DNA of 64,000 nucleotides from Candidatus Aenigmatarchaeota archaeon (GTDB lineage: Archaea; Aenigmatarchaeota; Aenigmatarchaeia; CG10238-14; SCSR01), in NCBI GenBank assembly GCA_039091335.1, contig JAWCME010000001.1, positions 10,024 through 74,023 on the forward strand, read 5' to 3'. A program made the translations under genes and the position numbers. Below, piece after piece: positions 59,370 to 64,000 of this stretch; the first letter of the stretch is position 1, and every line of letters begins with the position of its first letter. The notes beneath the pieces were generated by a model. It worked only from the letters and a program-made list of their open reading frames with translations, had not been told where the DNA came from and made no database searches.

Positions 59370-60047
59370 TTATTGGCTTTTCTGATAATTTAAGTCTTTA
59401 ATCAATTCTTCTATACTGTAGATTATTTTATCCGGCCTTTCTTTTTTTAACTTCTCTTCTGGTATTAAGAATGGTATGGAAAATATTTTACAACCAACTT
59501 TTCTTGCAATTTTTATATCTTTTGGCATATCACCTATATAACAGAGTTCTTTTGGGCTAATGCTCAGCTCTCTCACCAAGTACAATATGGCGTCTTCCTT
59601 CTTCTCAAACCCATCATCGCCCGAAATGCTACTGCTCAAATATTTTTTTAAACCAAACCTTTTAAGAATAGCATCTAAAATAATTCTATCATTGTTCGTT
59701 ACAATTGCTAATTTATAGCCCATTTCTTTCATTTTTTTAAAGGTTCTCTTTAAATTAGGGCGCGGTCTTACTTTATCTAAATATTCTCCAACACATAGCT
59801 TATCGAATGTTTCATTTATTTTTTCAATTTCTAACTTTCTTTTTCCTTCTTTTTTACGTATTAAGTCTGAAATTGCTTTTTTAACTTTTTGTCCAAACAC
59901 TTCTTTAATCTGTTGACTTGTAAAAGTATAACCATGTATTTTTAATGCCTCTTTAGCAGCCTCTATAAACACGCTAGTATCAAATAATGTCCCGTCTAAA
60001 TCAAATATAAAAGCTTTAATTTCTGAATAATTCTTTATTTCAGACAT
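59370..60047 (-). CDS. HAD-family hydrolase
   Basis: FDLDGTLFD, IVTN, YIGDMPKD. Confidence 0.9.
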   Translation of the reverse strand: MSEIKNYSEIKAFIFDLDGTLFDTSVFIEAAKEALKIHGYTFTSQQIKEVFGQKVKKAISDLIRKKEGKRKLEIEKINETFDKLCVGEYLDKVRPRPNLKRTFKKMKEMGYKLAIVTNNDRIILDAILKRFGLKKYLSSSISGDDGFEKKEDAILYLVRELSISPKELCYIGDMPKDIKIARKVGCKIFSIPFLIPEEKLKKERPDKIIYSIEELIKDLNYQKSQ

Positions 60048-60078
60048 TTATCTCCTTGATTAATTTGACTAACTATCT

Positions 60079-60612
60079 CTAAGCTTTAACCTCGCTAATT
60101 GTAGAGTCACAATATTCATCGCCGTCTATTAATCTTCTATGCCTTTTGAAAATAAAATTTGAGCCCAATATCTCCTCAACAGCGCCCCTGCAATATTCTA
60201 TGCAAATGTTGCAGAAAAATGGTTCTCCTTTAAAGGATTCGTTAAATGGACATTTAATAATAACTATTTTCCCGTCTTTTATTCCGTATTTTAACCCAAG
60301 AATTATTGCAGCTATTCTAAGGATTTTTTTCGTGTTTTCAACCGTTCTTTCGTTTATTTTAAATATTTCCATAATCTTATTGGCATCTCTTTATTTCACT
60401 AAGGAAGAAATAATTGTTCCAGTTGTAGTAGATGCCATCCAACCTCTTTCCTCTATGCTAAGTTTTTCTTTAATTAATTTATGAAGTTCTTCAATTTCTT
60501 TCATCTTATCTTTATTGTTTGGGTTGGTTTTAAAAATTCTTAGACGATTTTTACTCATACCTTCGCTAACCTCAATTTTTAATTTTATCTCTGTTGATCC
60601 AATCACATCCAA
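60079..60612 (-). pseudogene. V4R/MetOD1-like Cys-containing gene split by an in-frame TAA (60391-60393)
   Basis: ORFs 60391-60612 and 60079-60372 share one frame: ..SSLVK*RDANKIMEIF..; C-terminal KCPF..C..C..C..GDEYC. Confidence 0.55.
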
Positions 60613-60731
60613 ATTTTTTACTAATTAATTCTCCAAACTATTGGGGCTTTGGTATTGTGTTTTCGTACCATTATTTAATCCTATGTTTAAATTTAAATTC
60701 ATTTGGTATATTCTAAATTTTATAGTTATTT

Positions 60732-61286
60732 CTATTTTTCAAGCGCAGGGCAGTTCAAGCAACGCATCTCGTCTATTTTTCTCAGCCCGCATGGTGTATA
60801 ATCTTGGTTCTTTGAATACATAAGTTTAAGTTGAATAAACTCCGGAACAATTGGAGCATTTCCTATATTTACTTCAATGTGTTTAATTCCTGGCTCAATT
60901 CTTATCTGTTTATTAATAAATTCTTCTATATCCTCTAAGGTTTTCCCTACAAAAGAAATAATTAGGTTATGTATGCCAGAAGTTTTAAATAAATTAAAAA
61001 CTAAGGGACAATTCCTAAGTTTTTTTATCAAAATGTTAGCTCCTTCTGTGTCTGTCTCTATCCCTATTGTTGCAGTTACCGGATAAAAGATTTGTGTATT
61101 TATGAGAGGTCCTACTCTTAGCACATTCTTACTTATCAGCCTTTCAAACCTTTCCTTTATAGCAGCTGGCGTAACCCCAAGTTTTTTTGCAAGCGTAGTG
61201 TATTTGGTCCTACCGTCCTTAAGAAGCTCTGAGATTATAAACCTATCCACTTTATCCAAAGTTTTTTTAGTTTTTATTTTTTTCAC
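60732..61286 (-). CDS. Lrp/AsnC-family regulator with Cys-rich tail
   Basis: LDKVDRFIISELLKDGR..LAKKLGVT HTH, SGIHNL, TPCG..RCLNC. Confidence 0.88.
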   Translation of the reverse strand: MKKIKTKKTLDKVDRFIISELLKDGRTKYTTLAKKLGVTPAAIKERFERLISKNVLRVGPLINTQIFYPVTATIGIETDTEGANILIKKLRNCPLVFNLFKTSGIHNLIISFVGKTLEDIEEFINKQIRIEPGIKHIEVNIGNAPIVPEFIQLKLMYSKNQDYTPCGLRKIDEMRCLNCPALEK

Positions 61287-61370
61287 CTTTAAAATTAATT
61301 TAATTTTTTAAATTTAAATATTACTTTTTTAGGAAAACTTTAAATATAAAAAAAATATTAAAATAGAGAG

Positions 61371-61868
61371 ATGGAAGAGACAGCAATTTGCAAAGTATGT
61401 TTAGAACCGATATATAACTTTATTTGCGTAGATTGTTTGAAAGAAGGAGTTAAGAAGTGGATAAGCGTCACAATACCCGAAATAAAAAAAGAATTTTTAA
61501 ATTTTCATAGAAAAATGATAAACCTTTTCTTTTGTGAAGAAAATGGAATAAAATGCATAAAATGTAAGAGAAAAATAAATATTGTCATTTGTCCATACTG
61601 CTATGAAAAGGAAGTGTTTTGGTTAATCTTTTCAAAAAATATTAAGCTCGCTAAAATTTTTTCTAAATTTTTTAACTTTGATTTTCTTGGGGTTGGCTAT
61701 CTTCCAACATTTACCATTAGAGATTTCCAGCCAGTGGTTTTGAATGAGTCTGAGGAGGAAGAGGATTTAAACATATGCGAAAGTTGTGGGCAAGTTTCTT
61801 ATGTGAAGAAAAAAAATGGAGTTTGGTTATGCGAAAGTTGTAAAGATGAAGAAAACTATATTGGTTGA
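61371..61868 (+). CDS. multi-CxxC zinc-binding hypothetical protein
   Basis: Six CxxC motifs. Confidence 0.75.
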   Translation: MEETAICKVCLEPIYNFICVDCLKEGVKKWISVTIPEIKKEFLNFHRKMINLFFCEENGIKCIKCKRKINIVICPYCYEKEVFWLIFSKNIKLAKIFSKFFNFDFLGVGYLPTFTIRDFQPVVLNESEEEEDLNICESCGQVSYVKKKNGVWLCESCKDEENYIG

Positions 61869-62334
61869 AATAGAAGAATCAAATCCCATGTTTCCTGTAA
61901 TTGAGTACATGTCAAAACAGAAGTGGTGTAGTTATGTTGATAGTATAACTTCTGAAAGAATAGATGGAATCGCAAAAATTATAGTAAAAGAGGGACGCTT
62001 AGAAGAGTTTCTTAAAGAAATTCCTTCCTCTACTTTTCATGTTATTGAAAAAAGTTATAATTTCAGAAGAAAAGAAAAAGGAATTTTACCGTTTTGGATC
62101 AAATTAAAAATTTATAAAGAAAATTTAAAAGATTTTGAAAATTTTATGGAAAGGACGAAAAACATAACAGAGGCCTATCTTACGCCTGAATATAATTTAT
62201 TCATGAGGGGCTATGCTAATTTACCCCAAGAAATTGATTTTATTTGGACTAAACTTTTTGAAGAAAATAAAGATGGAATTGACCTAAAAGAAAGAACAAT
62301 AACATACATTGTACTTAAAACTTTTAAAAAATAG
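61846..62334 (+). CDS. hypothetical protein
   Basis: ATG 61846 overlaps the upstream gene. Confidence 0.6.
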   Translation: MKKTILVEIEESNPMFPVIEYMSKQKWCSYVDSITSERIDGIAKIIVKEGRLEEFLKEIPSSTFHVIEKSYNFRRKEKGILPFWIKLKIYKENLKDFENFMERTKNITEAYLTPEYNLFMRGYANLPQEIDFIWTKLFEENKDGIDLKERTITYIVLKTFKK

Positions 62335-62577
62335 CTATTTGCAATACCCCCTTATTTCCGTTACAAGCCTTTCTATTCTTTCTATTCTTTCGCCCAAGTT
62401 AGTGTTTTGAATGTTTAAGCTGTCTAACCTTGTTAAAATCAAGTCTATCTTTGCTTTTAAATTTTCTAAACTAACTTCTTCTAATGTTTTTTCTTTTAAT
62501 GTTGGTGGTGCTTCTAAGGAAGGTATTAAACTTTCTTTCTTTTTAAAACGCTCTTTAATTCTTGAAAATATTCCCAT
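62335..62577 (-). CDS. small coiled-coil protein
   Basis: MGIFSRIKERF; LENLKAKIDLILTRLDSL..LGERIERIERL. Confidence 0.7.
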   Translation of the reverse strand: MGIFSRIKERFKKKESLIPSLEAPPTLKEKTLEEVSLENLKAKIDLILTRLDSLNIQNTNLGERIERIERLVTEIRGYCK

Positions 62578-63086
62578 TAAGTCAACCTCTCCCTCATGAC
62601 CAAGTTATAAGCTGACCTTATTTCAGCCTCAAGCCTTTCTATTCCAGCTTTATATATTTGTATATATCTCCTCCTTATATTATTATAAATCAAATGATGA
62701 TAAAGCCAGATGAATGGCTTTATGAATATTTTTTGCCAAACGGTATCTACAGGATATCTTGTAACAATCGTTCCTCCGATTAAAATCTCGTTGCTTCCTT
62801 GCTTTGACGGGTCAGAAGGCTGTCTTCCTTGCAGTCTAACCCAAACATAAGCTCTTGTCCATTTGTCTAATCCCTTATCTAAATGAAATCTTACAAAAAA
62901 CGGCCTTGGGTCATCTGTTATATCCCATCTAAAATCGTCTTCAAAAATATGAACACCCCTTGCTTGAAAAATTCTCATAAGTAAGTCGGGAATTGACCTA
63001 TAAATTGCAAACGGATTTGGACCACGATACTCTATTACCAAATCCCTTTTTGGTGCTAATATATCATCTTCAAAAATATACGCCAT
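62577..63086 (-). CDS. hypothetical protein (paralog of 63086-63616)
   Basis: IEYRGPNP, LDKWT, IVTRYP; TAATG-coupled. Confidence 0.8.
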   Translation of the reverse strand: MAYIFEDDILAPKRDLVIEYRGPNPFAIYRSIPDLLMRIFQARGVHIFEDDFRWDITDDPRPFFVRFHLDKGLDKWTRAYVWVRLQGRQPSDPSKQGSNEILIGGTIVTRYPVDTVWQKIFIKPFIWLYHHLIYNNIRRRYIQIYKAGIERLEAEIRSAYNLVMRERLT

Positions 63087-63616
63087 TATACCATCTTTGG
63101 TAGCATTGCAAAGAATGATTTAAGCTCTGACTCGATCAAAAACATCCACTCTCTGCACTTCTCAACATACCTTCTCCTTTCTTCTTTATAAAATACCTTA
63201 TGGTAGAATGTTCTAAAAATCTCATACAAAAAACTTCTTTCCCACGTTGTATCTTGGGGGTATTCTGTCCTGACAACACCCTCAATCTCTATGCTAACCC
63301 TTCCTTCCTTACCAAATTCTTTGCTTGGCTTAGCAAAACCTCCTATAGATATTGTAAGTTGCATATAAGAAAATTTGTCAAAGTTTTTTATCACTTCCAT
63401 TCCAGAGCTGAAAGTTTCTCCCTCTGGGGCCCTTTCCCATTTAAATACCTTCTCTTGGATATTTTCTCTTGGAACTTTTAGCACATTAAGTAAAACATCA
63501 AGTAGCTTTTCATAAGCTTTTTGCGGGTTTGGACCACTATAAGTTATATCTATCCTTGGCCTAAGTGTTAGACATAATTCTTCCATTAAGAGTTTTGTCC
63601 TAGCGAAAACTGGCAT
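63086..63616 (-). CDS. hypothetical protein (paralog of 62577-63086)
   Basis: ITYSGPNP, FDKFS, VRTEYP. Confidence 0.8.
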   Translation of the reverse strand: MPVFARTKLLMEELCLTLRPRIDITYSGPNPQKAYEKLLDVLLNVLKVPRENIQEKVFKWERAPEGETFSSGMEVIKNFDKFSYMQLTISIGGFAKPSKEFGKEGRVSIEIEGVVRTEYPQDTTWERSFLYEIFRTFYHKVFYKEERRRYVEKCREWMFLIESELKSFFAMLPKMV

Positions 63617-63654
63617 ATTCTCTAATTAAATTTTATCAAAAACAATATTTAATT

Positions 63655-63807
63655 ATGAAGAGTTTACTCGGAGTGTTTTTATCTTTCATTGGATTTTATC
63701 TTTTAATAAAATTATCTGAAACAGAAGACCCATTAACATTTCAAATTAGTGCAATTTTTAGCATCCCGCTAATTTACTTTGGTCTAAAATTATTGGTGTT
63801 CGGATGA
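63655..63807 (+). CDS. small 2-TM membrane protein (50 aa)
   Basis: MKSLLGVFLSFIGFYLL...YFGLKLLVFG*; ATGA overlap with the next ORF. Confidence 0.6.
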   Translation: MKSLLGVFLSFIGFYLLIKLSETEDPLTFQISAIFSIPLIYFGLKLLVFG

Positions 63808-63965
63808 TATTTAAAATATTTGGAGCAATTTTAATTTTATTTGGTTTCTTTTTAATTTTTTTATTTCCCGAATGGAAGGAATTTGAATATAAACCTTTTA
63901 CAAGACTTGCACTTTTGATTGGCATATTCTTCATACTTTTTGGAATATATCTTTTGAGGAGATAG
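63804..63965 (+). CDS. small 2-TM membrane protein (53 aa)
   Basis: MIFKIFGAILILFGFFLIFLFP...IGIFFILFGIYLLRR*. Confidence 0.65.
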   Translation: MIFKIFGAILILFGFFLIFLFPEWKEFEYKPFTRLALLIGIFFILFGIYLLRR

Positions 63966-64000
63966 AATGGTGGTTATCGAAACTCTATGGAAAACAAAAG

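Noticed and set aside
70..63481. Many antisense ORFs in the supplied track (for example 70-306, 13588-14130, 26629-27225, 33897-34454)
   Set aside because: Shadows of well-supported genes on the opposite strand, with no motifs of their own

Overview
AT-rich archaeal chromosome window with DPANN-type hallmarks (fused PriS-PriL primase, trimmed uL22, shortened GatE; most like Aenigmarchaeota, which is an inference). It holds housekeeping genes: the S10/spc ribosomal cluster (L3 to S14 on +, with S8-L6 split off and inverted at the window start), the L44e/S27e/GINS/primase and TFS/PCNA clusters, methanogen-type SerRS, TyrRS, GatDE, ABCE1, YchF, MtaB, RtcA, Lhr plus metallophosphoesterase, TIP49 with Hsp20 genes, an OapABC/ArvABC GTPase operon, apgM, enolase and transporters. 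I saw no CRISPR array, IS element or rRNA. The main discovery is a set of tiny bulge-helix-bulge (BHB) introns. (1) tyrS is interrupted by a 21-nt stop-containing insert (20912-20932). It folds into a BHB whose predicted cuts exactly restore FEPSG-IAHLG, so it looks like an mRNA intron in a gene other than cbf5. (2) tRNA-Ser(GGA) has an 18-nt BHB intron inside the acceptor stem (68/69) plus a 9-nt intron at 37/38. (3) tRNA-Gly(TCC) has two non-canonical introns (D-loop and 29/30). Two of the tRNA introns sit after the same 7-mer, CCAGCCU, and share their ends, which suggests the introns move between RNAs. All product calls come from motif recognition; no database search was run.
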